Source: an uncultured bacterium
Lineage (GTDB): Bacteria > Patescibacteriota > Saccharimonadia > UBA4664
DNA: 64,000 nt
NCBI GenBank assembly: GCA_963720265.1
Contig: CAVRET010000002.1
Coordinates: forward strand, 584,704-648,703
Reading direction: 5' to 3'
Below, piece by piece: positions 19,474 to 28,808 of this stretch. The notes below the pieces were generated by a model that saw only the letters and a list, made by a program, of their open reading frames with translations, did no database searches and was not told the DNA's origin. How positions within the stretch are numbered: position 1 is the first letter of the stretch; the number at the start of each line of letters is the position of its first letter. A program made the position numbers and the translations under genes.

Positions 19474-20496
19474 ATGAGGGCGCCTACGCAAGCTTTCCGC
19501 TGGATTGGCCTGGCCGCATACGCGGGCCTCGCCACGCTCATCATCCTCTTTCTCACGCCCATTGGTGGTTGGAAGGCCCTTGATGTGCTCACGGGAAGCA
19601 TGCGTCCGGCAATTCAGCCGGGCGCCCTTGTCATCATTCATCGTGTACCACTCAGTTCGGTTCATCCCGGCAATGTGGTCACCTATGTTAATCCGCACGA
19701 TACCAAAGAGCTGATCACCCACCGGGTGCAGTCAGTCAATAAGGTCAACGGCGTCACCATGGTGACGGTCAAGGGCGATGCCAATACCATCGCCGACCCG
19801 CCGTTTGCCGGGGGCCAAATTCAGGGCCGGGTGGCAACGATTGTGCCCTATGCCGGTCGTGTGCTCAATGTTATCCACAATCCCTATGGTCTGGCGCTGC
19901 TCGTCATTTTGCCGGCCCTATTTGTAATATGGATCGAAGCTAGGAGGTTGATGGGCGTGCTGGTTGAAGAATCCGACCCCGCGACGCCCGGCTCAGGCCG
20001 CTCCGGCGGTCTGCCGGTAGCAATCCGCTTTCGCCGCCCCCGGGAGATTAAGCAAACAGACGCAGGCCGACCACTCGACGGTATGCGCCGGCTCGCGGTG
20101 TTGCCGGTCGTGGCCATCGCCTTGGCCGTATTCGCGGTTGGAGTAACACTGGCCGCGCTCACCAGCACGGTCTCGCTCACCGGCAACAGCTTCCAAACCC
20201 AAGTCAGCGGCTCGCCCAGCCCCACGCCTTCTCCTAGTGGCAGTCCAACTCCATCGCCCTCGGGTTCGCCCACGCCGTCCGGCTCACCGTCGCCGACTGC
20301 TTCACCTTGCCCCACCAATGTCTCAATTACTGACACCGGTGCCGGCTCTACTAACATCGTGCGCTGCACCTCCAAGACCATCATTACCAACTCAAATTCA
20401 AACAACGTAAGCGTTACGAATTCAAATCATCAGTCCACCTCGGGTGGCGGTTCCAGTACCAACACTCAGACCACCAACATTAACGTCACCTATTAG
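19474..20496 (+). CDS. sipW: SipW-type signal peptidase I fused to an internal signal peptide and Asn/Ser/Thr tail (copy 2)
   Basis: VLTGSMRP, ITHRV, KGDAN..AD; internal ...VGVTLA|ALTSTVSLTGNSFQT. Confidence 0.8.
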   Translation: MRAPTQAFRWIGLAAYAGLATLIILFLTPIGGWKALDVLTGSMRPAIQPGALVIIHRVPLSSVHPGNVVTYVNPHDTKELITHRVQSVNKVNGVTMVTVKGDANTIADPPFAGGQIQGRVATIVPYAGRVLNVIHNPYGLALLVILPALFVIWIEARRLMGVLVEESDPATPGSGRSGGLPVAIRFRRPREIKQTDAGRPLDGMRRLAVLPVVAIALAVFAVGVTLAALTSTVSLTGNSFQTQVSGSPSPTPSPSGSPTPSPSGSPTPSGSPSPTASPCPTNVSITDTGAGSTNIVRCTSKTIITNSNSNNVSVTNSNHQSTSGGGSSTNTQTTNINVTY

Positions 20497-20543
20497 GGCT
20501 TCGCGTGAGGCGGCCTTGGGCGACGATTTGTAAAACGTCTTCG

Positions 20544-21371
20544 TTATTTCAATAAGCTCGAAGGGGATGGATTATAGCCGAAAAGTTCTAAGTTCAACTC
20601 AATTACCTCCGGAGTAACAAGACTAGCGTACAAGTTTGCGGCGTCTCTATTGCGGGCGAATAGATGCCATCTGTCAGTAACATCCATGTCTTGAGCACGA
20701 CCCTGTAGAGTGAGACCATCGAATGAACTACCCTCACCAATGCCAGAGACCTGGTTGATGCCTAGGTCTTCGTTTAAGAATCCCAGCTGAATTGCAACCC
20801 TATCTCTGTATTCCTTATTCTGAAACCATTTATCGTAGAGAATAGCAGCGAAATCACCTTCAGACATATTAACGATAGCATGCGCGTTTTCTACCCAAAC
20901 ATCACGCACATCCATCAGGCCAAGGCGATGAATGTTACGCGTCTCGCCTCTAGCCTCGACATTACGGCGTCTCTGTATTTGTGAAGCAATGAGGTTGGGG
21001 AAATTTCTTAATAACAACACGTCAATGCAATTGCTTCGTGTAAAAGTCGTATAATGCTCCTGTAGCCTTCGTTTGGCGAACATCAGGTCTTCATAGCTTA
21101 CGACTACATATCTGGGTCTGCCACGATCAATTGCTGACAGCATGTAGTCTACGTCAAGATACGGTTTTGAGGGATCGGCTGGATGACGCGGTTCATTTAC
21201 GGCATTAAAATGCGCAACCCCACCTTTCTGGCCACGGCTTAGTCCTTCACTAAGCCATCCTATCAAGGCATGATTGCCTGAACGTTTAAGTCCGAAAAAA
21301 TGAATGTACGTCACACTTTGTGACTGACCAGCAATGATAGCTTCTGTACGTAACGAATCTACTTCTGGCAT
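20544..21371 (-). CDS. sulfotransferase-like P-loop protein
   Basis: GLKRSGNHAL resembles the 5'-PSB loop and LLRNFPNLIAS the 3'-PB motif; AT-richer than flanks. Confidence 0.5.
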   Translation of the reverse strand: MPEVDSLRTEAIIAGQSQSVTYIHFFGLKRSGNHALIGWLSEGLSRGQKGGVAHFNAVNEPRHPADPSKPYLDVDYMLSAIDRGRPRYVVVSYEDLMFAKRRLQEHYTTFTRSNCIDVLLLRNFPNLIASQIQRRRNVEARGETRNIHRLGLMDVRDVWVENAHAIVNMSEGDFAAILYDKWFQNKEYRDRVAIQLGFLNEDLGINQVSGIGEGSSFDGLTLQGRAQDMDVTDRWHLFARNRDAANLYASLVTPEVIELNLELFGYNPSPSSLLK

Positions 21372-21754
21372 CAGAAGTGCATTATGAGACAGCTACGCAC
21401 CTAACACAACTAACCGTTGGGACCACCGCGAATATAGGGGGCTAACGCCTATCAAACTGCACTATAGATCTAAAGTTTAACTACTTGATCTATAGTCTGG
21501 AGCTTGTAGCAAGAACATAGTTTCTAGCCACGCCGTACATGACCAGCTAGAGCTAGTCAATATAGCTAGAACCGGCCTAGCCGTGACCACAAGGTTCTAG
21601 ACCGTCATGCTCAGCCAAGAACCTACGTGCTCATTTGTCAACGCTCTTCTCGGAATTGGCTGCATGGCGTCAAGATGTACCTGTTTCGGTCTATGCACGA
21701 GTGAAGACTCAATCGTGCTACGCGCTTATGCTTAAATAGGGTACAGTTAAGCCA

Positions 21755-22894
21755 ATGCCAAAAACTCGAAATAAAAATCTGCCAGGACGCAATGGTCTCG
21801 GCCGTTATTTGCTGGGCGCTGTGGTGATATTAGCTTCCATTGTCATCGGTCTAGTGGTGGTACACGTGAAAGCGGCCGGGCTGGTTGGGGATCTCAATGA
21901 TGACGGTGTGGTCAATGTGCTTGACTTGTCGATTCTGCTAAGCGACTGGGGGCAAACAAACGCCGCCATTGAGCAAAACCTCGGACAAACCGGGCCCGTT
22001 GGCGTCATTGACCTGTCGATCTTGTTGTCTCACTGGGGGGATACTGCCTCGACACCCACACCTTCGCCCAGCCCGTCCCCAGTCGCGGCAGGTTGTGTCA
22101 GCGGCGGCGTGGTTGCACCGTGCATCGGCGGAGCTTCTACGGGCGCCAGCGGTTGGGGGACACCCATATTTGATGACGAGTTTAATGGGACTAGCCTGAA
22201 TACCAGCAACTGGAGTACAGGGTGGTTTGGTAGCGGAATCACCGGTCCAGTCAATAGCCTTGAAGATGATTGTTATAACCCGGACCTCGTAAGTATTTCC
22301 GGGGGTTATCTTGATGAGCAGATTATTCAACAAACCTGCACTGGGCGGCTTGGATCGGAACCATACTCTGCAGGCTACATAACTTCAATGACCTCGGGTG
22401 GAGGTAGTGACTTGTTCGGCTTCACTTACGGCTTCATAGAAGCCCGTATTTACTTCCCGGCAGCGTCCAACGGTGAAGTTGCCAACTGGCCGGCTTTCTG
22501 GCTACAAAGTCTGCATGACGGCAGCCAAACTGCGCCGAATACGGAAATAGATATCGAGGAAGGCCTGCATGGAGCGCTAAGGTGGCATGTGCTTGGGGCC
22601 GGAGGAACTACGGTTTGTACTGATGGCGACACTGGACCAGGATGGCACACTATCGGCCTTGATTGGCAGCCTGGTTCGGCGACTTTCTACTATGACGGTG
22701 TAGCAGTTGGGAGTACTTGCACAAGTAGTGCGCTTGATCCTGCTAATACTGGAGAAATGAGAATAGCTTTGGGCGAACAGACTAGCGCCACCATTGCAGG
22801 GCCGCAGACCGCACCACAAACAATGCAGACCGATTACGTTCGGGTTTGGCCTACAACTGGTACAGTTTATACATACGATGGCAGCTCAAATTAA
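21755..22894 (+). CDS. membrane-anchored dockerin-like + GH16 glycoside hydrolase
   Basis: GDLNDDGVVNVLDLSILL dockerin-like repeat; FDDEFNG, WPAFW, catalytic EIDIEE, DYVRVW. Confidence 0.8.
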   Translation: MPKTRNKNLPGRNGLGRYLLGAVVILASIVIGLVVVHVKAAGLVGDLNDDGVVNVLDLSILLSDWGQTNAAIEQNLGQTGPVGVIDLSILLSHWGDTASTPTPSPSPSPVAAGCVSGGVVAPCIGGASTGASGWGTPIFDDEFNGTSLNTSNWSTGWFGSGITGPVNSLEDDCYNPDLVSISGGYLDEQIIQQTCTGRLGSEPYSAGYITSMTSGGGSDLFGFTYGFIEARIYFPAASNGEVANWPAFWLQSLHDGSQTAPNTEIDIEEGLHGALRWHVLGAGGTTVCTDGDTGPGWHTIGLDWQPGSATFYYDGVAVGSTCTSSALDPANTGEMRIALGEQTSATIAGPQTAPQTMQTDYVRVWPTTGTVYTYDGSSN

Positions 22895-23007
22895 ATTCAT
22901 ACATAACTAATTAACGGCCACACCCCATTATCGCAAGTATACGATCCTGAGTCGGGCAGGCATCGTGTGTTTTTGCCAAAGCCACGCGCACAGGCCATAA
23001 TGAGCTT

Positions 23008-23847
23008 GTGTTTATCGCAGGCATTCTGTTCAGCTCCACACTATTTGAAGAAATCTCCGAAACCATTGGCAAGAAATCGGTTCGCAAGCGCCGCGAAACC
23101 GTCTATAATTTGGCCTTCTTGAGCCTATTTTGGACACTGACGCTGCTAATTGTGGCAGGCCTCATTGGCGTCAAGTTCGTTGTACAGGAAGCCTCATGGC
23201 CGTTTCTGATCGTGCGCATGATAATCGGAATCGCGCTCAATTTTGTGGCCGCCCAAGCCGTGGTCCAGGCCGATCGCAGCACACTCGGGTTCATCCGTCT
23301 GCTCACAATTCCGCTCGTGCTCGCAACCGACATCATGCTCGGCTACCACCTCACGACGCTCCAAATCGTAGCCGTCTGTGTTATGTTTGTCGGCCTTGTC
23401 GCTGCCTTTCATCATAACCCCACCGGCAAACGCGGTGCCGGCTGGGCCTTGCTGGTGGCAATTCTTGCAGCCGCCGACGCCACACTCTACAAGCACGATA
23501 TTACTCACTACAATTCCGTGGTTGGAGAGCAAGTTGTGGTCTATAGCGCCGTTGTCTTGTTCTTCTATGTCTGCTCGGTCCGGCAGGGCAGCCGGCCGCT
23601 CCATCTGTTGGCACGACCAATTACGGGTATTCAGTCGTTTACCGACGGATGCGGCCTGGCGATTGAAAGCTTCGCCTTCAGCTTCGCCCCGGCGTCGGTG
23701 GTTGTAGCTGCCAAGCGTACCTTCGCCCTCATGTGGTCAATCGTGTTTGGGCATCGCTACTTTCACGAGCACAAATTACATCGCAAACTATTCGCCGGCG
23801 CCGTACTGGCCGTCGGCCTCATTCTGCTCGTCAGCCCCGGCATCTGA
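23008..23847 (+). CDS. EamA/DMT-like membrane transporter
   Basis: About 10 TM segments; ASVVVAAKR...GHRYFHE pattern. Confidence 0.65.
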   Translation: MFIAGILFSSTLFEEISETIGKKSVRKRRETVYNLAFLSLFWTLTLLIVAGLIGVKFVVQEASWPFLIVRMIIGIALNFVAAQAVVQADRSTLGFIRLLTIPLVLATDIMLGYHLTTLQIVAVCVMFVGLVAAFHHNPTGKRGAGWALLVAILAAADATLYKHDITHYNSVVGEQVVVYSAVVLFFYVCSVRQGSRPLHLLARPITGIQSFTDGCGLAIESFAFSFAPASVVVAAKRTFALMWSIVFGHRYFHEHKLHRKLFAGAVLAVGLILLVSPGI

Positions 23848-23892
23848 TTCGCATATGATATAATATGGATCGAAAGACCAAGGAGGGTAACA

Positions 23893-24315
23893 TTGGTCAA
23901 ACCAGCTCGTCATGAATCATATACTTTGCTCGTCGCAGTCAGCGCCGGGCTCGTGCTGGTATTAATCGCCGACTGGTCATGGAGCCAGGGTCACAGCCTC
24001 AGCGCCAAGCCGGCCGACACCACGGTCACGGTTTCAACGTCACCAAGCCCGTCACCGTCCAGCTCTCCCATGTCTACGCCCACGCCGGCCTCATCGCCGA
24101 CCCCTCAGAGCTCATCGCAAAGCTCCACCACCACGAGCTCGTCCGGCAACAGCTCAAACAACATCACCGTTACCAACACCAACGACCAGACCGCAACCTC
24201 AGGTGCGGCCAACAATCATAATTCCAGCTCGACTAGCGTCACTATCAACGGTAATAACACTACTACCACAACCACTGACAACAACGGCCACGTTACCACC
24301 ACGGTCACGCATTAG
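23893..24315 (+). CDS. secreted/anchored Ser/Thr/Asn-rich low-complexity protein
   Basis: N-terminal hydrophobic segment, SPSPSP linker, NNITVTNTNDQTATSG tail. Confidence 0.6.
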   Translation: MVKPARHESYTLLVAVSAGLVLVLIADWSWSQGHSLSAKPADTTVTVSTSPSPSPSSSPMSTPTPASSPTPQSSSQSSTTTSSSGNSSNNITVTNTNDQTATSGAANNHNSSSTSVTINGNNTTTTTTDNNGHVTTTVTH

Positions 24316-24336
24316 CGTGTGCTAACATAAAAGCAT

Positions 24337-25758
24337 ATGCTTGCGGCTTCGTTTAAACGCACCAAAATCGTTGCCACCATCGGCCCGTCTTCGAGCTCAC
24401 CTCAAGTGCTCGAGCAGTTGTTGCTCGCAGGCGTAAATATGTTCCGGCTTAACTTCTCGCACGGCACCCAGGCTGAGCACGGCGAGGTTTTTCACCTCGT
24501 GCGCAAACTCTCAGCTCACCACAACCGCCCAGCCGCCTTGTTGGCCGATCTCCAAGGGCCCAAGATCCAGATCGGCATGCTGCCGGCCGACGGTTTGGCG
24601 TTCGTGCGCGGACACCTTGTACGTTTTGCCTACAATGCCGATTACGAAACCTCAGGCATCGTGCCGGTCCGCCACAACATTGCCAAATACTTAAAAAAAG
24701 GCGAGCGCATCTTCCTGCACGACGGCCAGATCGAAGTCGAGGTTGAAAAAATCGAGCGGGAACTCATCACTACCAAAGTGCTCGTGCCCGGCATTTTGCT
24801 GTCTAATCAGGGCATTAATCTCCCCGACACCGATCTTGGCGGCGAAATTACCACAGAAAAAGACCTGTCCGACCTCAAATTCGCGGTTGGGCTGGGCGCC
24901 GATTACGTCGGCTACTCATTTGTACAAACCGCTAGCGACATCGAACATCTGCGCGTCAAACTGAAAAAGCTTGGAGCGCCGGACATGCGAATCATCGCCA
25001 AAATCAAAACCGCCGCCGCCGTGGAGAACCTTGAAGCAGTCGTGGCTGCTACCGACGCCATTATGGTGGCCCGCGGCGATCTCGCCATCGAAACTAAACC
25101 GGAATCAGTACCCGCTGCCCAACGCCGGATGATCGAGCTCGGTAAGCTCTACCGTAAGCCGGTTATCGTGGCCACGCAAATGCTCGAATCCATGATCTCA
25201 GCGCCGGCCCCAACCCGCGCCGAGGTCTCTGATGTCGCCACAGCTGTACTCGAGGGCGCCGACGCCGTTATGCTCTCGGCTGAAAGCGCCGTCGGCCTGT
25301 TCCCGGTCGATACTGTCAAAATGATGAAGCGCATCATCCTCTACACCGAGCGCGAAGAACTAGCCAAACTCCCGACCCCGCCACTGCCCGCATCGTCCCA
25401 CGGCAACCAAACCAACGCCATTTCAGCTGCCGCCGTCGAGCTAGCGCGCCAGCTCCCGGCCAAAGTTATCATTGCCGAAACCAGCTCGGGCCAAACCGCC
25501 AGAAACGTCTCCGCCCTCCGTCCCGGCGTGCCCATCATCATGGTGACCGACCACGAGCGGGTGTATCATCAAATGGCCATTGTGTGGGGCGGCAAGTCGT
25601 TTCTAGTTAACAACATGGACGGCGCCACCGAGCACGTCATTCGTGAGTTAAAGGCCGCCGGCAATGTCGCCACCGGCGATGCTTTGGTAGTAGCTTCGGG
25701 CAACCAGCCCGGCCTCATCGGCGGCACCGACCGTGTACAAATTAAGATCGTGGAGTAG
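24337..25758 (+). CDS. pyk: pyruvate kinase (two atypical active-site residues)
   Basis: RTKIVATIGP, RLNFSHG, MVARGDL, ATQMLESM, PTRAEVSDV. Confidence 0.93.
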   Translation: MLAASFKRTKIVATIGPSSSSPQVLEQLLLAGVNMFRLNFSHGTQAEHGEVFHLVRKLSAHHNRPAALLADLQGPKIQIGMLPADGLAFVRGHLVRFAYNADYETSGIVPVRHNIAKYLKKGERIFLHDGQIEVEVEKIERELITTKVLVPGILLSNQGINLPDTDLGGEITTEKDLSDLKFAVGLGADYVGYSFVQTASDIEHLRVKLKKLGAPDMRIIAKIKTAAAVENLEAVVAATDAIMVARGDLAIETKPESVPAAQRRMIELGKLYRKPVIVATQMLESMISAPAPTRAEVSDVATAVLEGADAVMLSAESAVGLFPVDTVKMMKRIILYTEREELAKLPTPPLPASSHGNQTNAISAAAVELARQLPAKVIIAETSSGQTARNVSALRPGVPIIMVTDHERVYHQMAIVWGGKSFLVNNMDGATEHVIRELKAAGNVATGDALVVASGNQPGLIGGTDRVQIKIVE

Positions 25759-25761
25759 CCT

Positions 25762-25992
25762 ATGGAATGCCCCGCCTGCAAATCGCCGATGATTCACTCC
25801 AAAGTTGGCTGGTTGTGCATGAATTGCGGCAACCTCGAACCCACGCGCCATCATCACGAGGACGACAAACCGGCTCATGAAACCAAAGAGCCAGCCAAGC
25901 CTGCACCCAACCACACTGAGTCCAAACCCTCCGCCGTTACCGATATCAAAATCAAAGTCCACAAACACTCACGCAGCGCGAACCCCCGATAA
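25762..25992 (+). CDS. small Zn-ribbon protein
   Basis: CPAC...GWLCMNCG, similar to the N-terminus of 31399..32733. Confidence 0.55.
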   Translation: MECPACKSPMIHSKVGWLCMNCGNLEPTRHHHEDDKPAHETKEPAKPAPNHTESKPSAVTDIKIKVHKHSRSANPR

Positions 25993-26032
25993 CCAGGGGG
26001 CTCACGCCACTGCCCTGGTCATCGGGGGTCTC

Positions 26033-26650
26033 TTAGCGGCGATGAACTCCGGTACGACCGGGCAGTGAGCGCACCGGCACGGAATTCCCGTTCAGCTTAG
26101 CCGCCACATCGACTTGGGAGCTTCCGTGATACACGGCAAGATGCCGCAGTCGTGACAGTCTCCCCGGCCGTCGGTACAGTAGCACACGGTACGGGCCGTA
26201 GCGTTGGACGTACAACAGATACCTCGGGAACTGTTCCCCAACGGCCTTGGCCGCATCCTCCACCTCGGGCGCCACCGCCGTGCTCTCCCAGTTGTAGCAT
26301 TCGCGCTTCCAGCAGACCACGCAGGCGATCACCACAATCTGCCAGACCGCAACCAGCGCGATTATGCCCCCGAGTATTCCGTAATCCCGGTAGAACGAGC
26401 GGTCGGGTGAGAACCGGCCCAGCACCAGGAGTGCTACGGCTACCAGGGCCGCAACCACGGCTCGGTTGCGGCACGGCCGCCATTCATGTGCAGTTACACT
26501 CCAGATGAAGCGAATCATGGGCTGGAGACTGATCTCGCTGATCCGGACCTCTGAGCCCGGTCGTGCGACTTGTGTTATCAAGGCGGCTCCTAAGTTCGGA
26601 GGTTGCTGAGCGATCGGTTCAATTATCCAATAGGAAATGAAGTTTGCCAA
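26033..26650 (-). CDS. 2-TM orphan related to the modules of 14977..16095
   Basis: Two TM helices then W...P...LYVQ; start uncertain. Confidence 0.5.
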   Translation of the reverse strand: MANFISYWIIEPIAQQPPNLGAALITQVARPGSEVRISEISLQPMIRFIWSVTAHEWRPCRNRAVVAALVAVALLVLGRFSPDRSFYRDYGILGGIIALVAVWQIVVIACVVCWKRECYNWESTAVAPEVEDAAKAVGEQFPRYLLYVQRYGPYRVLLYRRPGRLSRLRHLAVYHGSSQVDVAAKLNGNSVPVRSLPGRTGVHRR

Positions 26651-26714
26651 ATGCGGCCATCAACGCGCGCAGATCATTTTGGCATGAGCCTGCGCAATCA
26701 ATTACACTAGGCAC

Positions 26715-27923
26715 ATGAACAAACTCACCATCCGCGACATTGACCTTGAAGGTAAAACCATCTTTTCTAGGCTCGATTGGAACGTACCCGTAGACGACGG
26801 CCGCATTGAAGACACTGCGCGCATCGAAGCCACTCACTCTACCATCGAATATCTGGTAGGGAAACACTGCCGCATCGTTATAACGAGTCATCTTGGCCGC
26901 CCGGATGGGAAGCCAAGGCCCGAGTTTAGTCTTGAGCCGGTGGCCAAAAAAGCTGCCCAAGTGCTCGGCCGGCCGGTCGCGTTTGTGCATGATTGCGTCG
27001 GACCCGAGGTCAAGGCCGCGGCTGATGCCCTGAAGCCAGGTGAGCTCCTTTGCCTCGAAAATGTTCGCTTTCACCCCGAAGAAGAGGCCAACGACCCCAA
27101 ATTTGCGAAGCAATTGGCCGAAGATTCCGGTGCTGAAGTATTTGTCTACGATGCTTTTGCCAGCTATCGTCCTCACGCCTCCACCGAAGGGATTTCGCAT
27201 GTTTTGCCCGGCGTGGCCGGATTACTTGTCGAGCGCGAAGTCGATTATATTACCGGCGCGGTCGAGCACCCCAACCGCCCGCTTATTGCCATCATCGGCG
27301 GCGCCAAGGTCTCCACCAAGCTCGGGATTTTGGAAAACCTTATCCCCAAAGTCGACGCGATGCTGCTAACTGGCCCGATTGCCAATACCTTCGCGCACAC
27401 ACGCGGGCTGAGCATTGGTAAAAGTGTCATCGAGCCGAACATGGAAGCCGAGATCCATAAGCTCGAAAAGATCGCCGCCGCCGCCAATACGCAATTGCTC
27501 CTGCCAAACGAAGTGATGGTGTCAACGAGTATTGAAAAAGCCAGCCATCTGCACGCCACCAAGCTGGGAGAAGTTGAAGCGAGCGAATATATTGTTGACG
27601 CCGCACCCAGCTATGCCTCGCAGCTCAGCGCTGAGGTCTTCGACTTCCTCGACTTTGACCACAAGTGCACCGTTATCTGGAACGGCCCGCTCGGCCTAAC
27701 CGAGATCCCTGATTTCCAAGTCGGCTCGCGTGCCATGGCCGAGGCCATCATCAAGCTGCCGGGCTGCACCTCAATTGTAGGCGGTGGCGACACCACCGCC
27801 TACGTCGATGAAGCCGGCCTGCGCGATAAATTCACTTGGGTCTCTACCGGCGGCGGCGCCAGCTTGGAACTCATGAGCGGCAAAGGCCTGCCCTGCGTTG
27901 ACGCCCTGCAAGATAAGCCATGA
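26715..27923 (+). CDS. pgk: phosphoglycerate kinase
   Basis: RLDWNVP, SHLGRP, LENVRF, GGAKVS, WNGPLG, GGGDT, STGGGASLE. Confidence 0.95.
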   Translation: MNKLTIRDIDLEGKTIFSRLDWNVPVDDGRIEDTARIEATHSTIEYLVGKHCRIVITSHLGRPDGKPRPEFSLEPVAKKAAQVLGRPVAFVHDCVGPEVKAAADALKPGELLCLENVRFHPEEEANDPKFAKQLAEDSGAEVFVYDAFASYRPHASTEGISHVLPGVAGLLVEREVDYITGAVEHPNRPLIAIIGGAKVSTKLGILENLIPKVDAMLLTGPIANTFAHTRGLSIGKSVIEPNMEAEIHKLEKIAAAANTQLLLPNEVMVSTSIEKASHLHATKLGEVEASEYIVDAAPSYASQLSAEVFDFLDFDHKCTVIWNGPLGLTEIPDFQVGSRAMAEAIIKLPGCTSIVGGGDTTAYVDEAGLRDKFTWVSTGGGASLELMSGKGLPCVDALQDKP

Positions 27924-28795
27924 AACGCCCCCAGCTCGCCTACCCGCTGCCGGCGGGCCAGGCCGGCGACCCGGGTTACTTCGAGCCCGACAGCCTCGTC
28001 TGGCGCATTATGCGCGAGCGTGTACTCGTGCTAGGGGGTGTACCGGCCGTACTGCTGCAACTCGCCCATCCCTTGATTGCCGCCGCCCTCACAGAACATT
28101 CAAACTTTAAAGCCAATACCTTCCGGCGCCTCAAACACACCCTTACCGCCGCCCTGTGGGTCAGTTTCGGCGACCATGACACGGCCCATGATGCGGCCGC
28201 ACGAGTGGCCAAGTCGCACCGGCCGGTTGAGGGCAAATTGGCTGCCGCACACGGCCCGTGGCAAGCCGGTGCGCCCTACAGTGCCACTGACCCTGCGCTC
28301 GACCTTTGGGTCTACGGCACGACCATAGAACTGTTTCTTAACACCTATGACCATTTTGTTCGCCGATTGAGCTTCAGCGAGCGTGAACAATACTATAACG
28401 CCAGCAAGCCGGTCGGCGCACTCTTTGGTGTCACGCCTACGGTCAGGCCAAAAAGTTATCCCGATTTTAAGCGCTATTACAACGATATGTTAGCGAGTCC
28501 GCAGCTCGTGATTGATGAGCCGGCTGCGGAGCTGGCCAGAACCGTCTTTACAATCAAGGTCTACGGCCTGCCACTCGCACCGTTAAAACGGGTTATTTGC
28601 GCCGAACTCTTGCCTCGCGAGCTGGCGACGGCTTATGGCTTGCAGACCAATCGTTTCTCAAGCCTCTGTTTCCGTGCACTCGGCTCCACAAGCCGCAGCC
28701 TCATGCCGCTCTTGCCTACAAGACTCAGATATTGGCGGCATTATCACACGGCCCTGCGCCGATGCCCCGTTTCGCTTACAGAAAAAAAGCATTAG
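27920..28795 (+). CDS. MpaB/DUF2236 family oxygenase-like protein
   Basis: GYFEPDSLVWR...LLQLAHP...EHSNF...H..V.G...YSATDP..LWV. Confidence 0.8.
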   Translation: MKRPQLAYPLPAGQAGDPGYFEPDSLVWRIMRERVLVLGGVPAVLLQLAHPLIAAALTEHSNFKANTFRRLKHTLTAALWVSFGDHDTAHDAAARVAKSHRPVEGKLAAAHGPWQAGAPYSATDPALDLWVYGTTIELFLNTYDHFVRRLSFSEREQYYNASKPVGALFGVTPTVRPKSYPDFKRYYNDMLASPQLVIDEPAAELARTVFTIKVYGLPLAPLKRVICAELLPRELATAYGLQTNRFSSLCFRALGSTSRSLMPLLPTRLRYWRHYHTALRRCPVSLTEKKH

Positions 28796-28808
28796 TATAA
28801 TGAGGAAC

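Noticed and set aside
20200-20310. SPSPTPSG tandem repeats as a CRISPR array or DNA repeat
   Set aside because: These are in-frame protein linker repeats with synonymous variation. No CRISPR array or cas gene is seen in the window.
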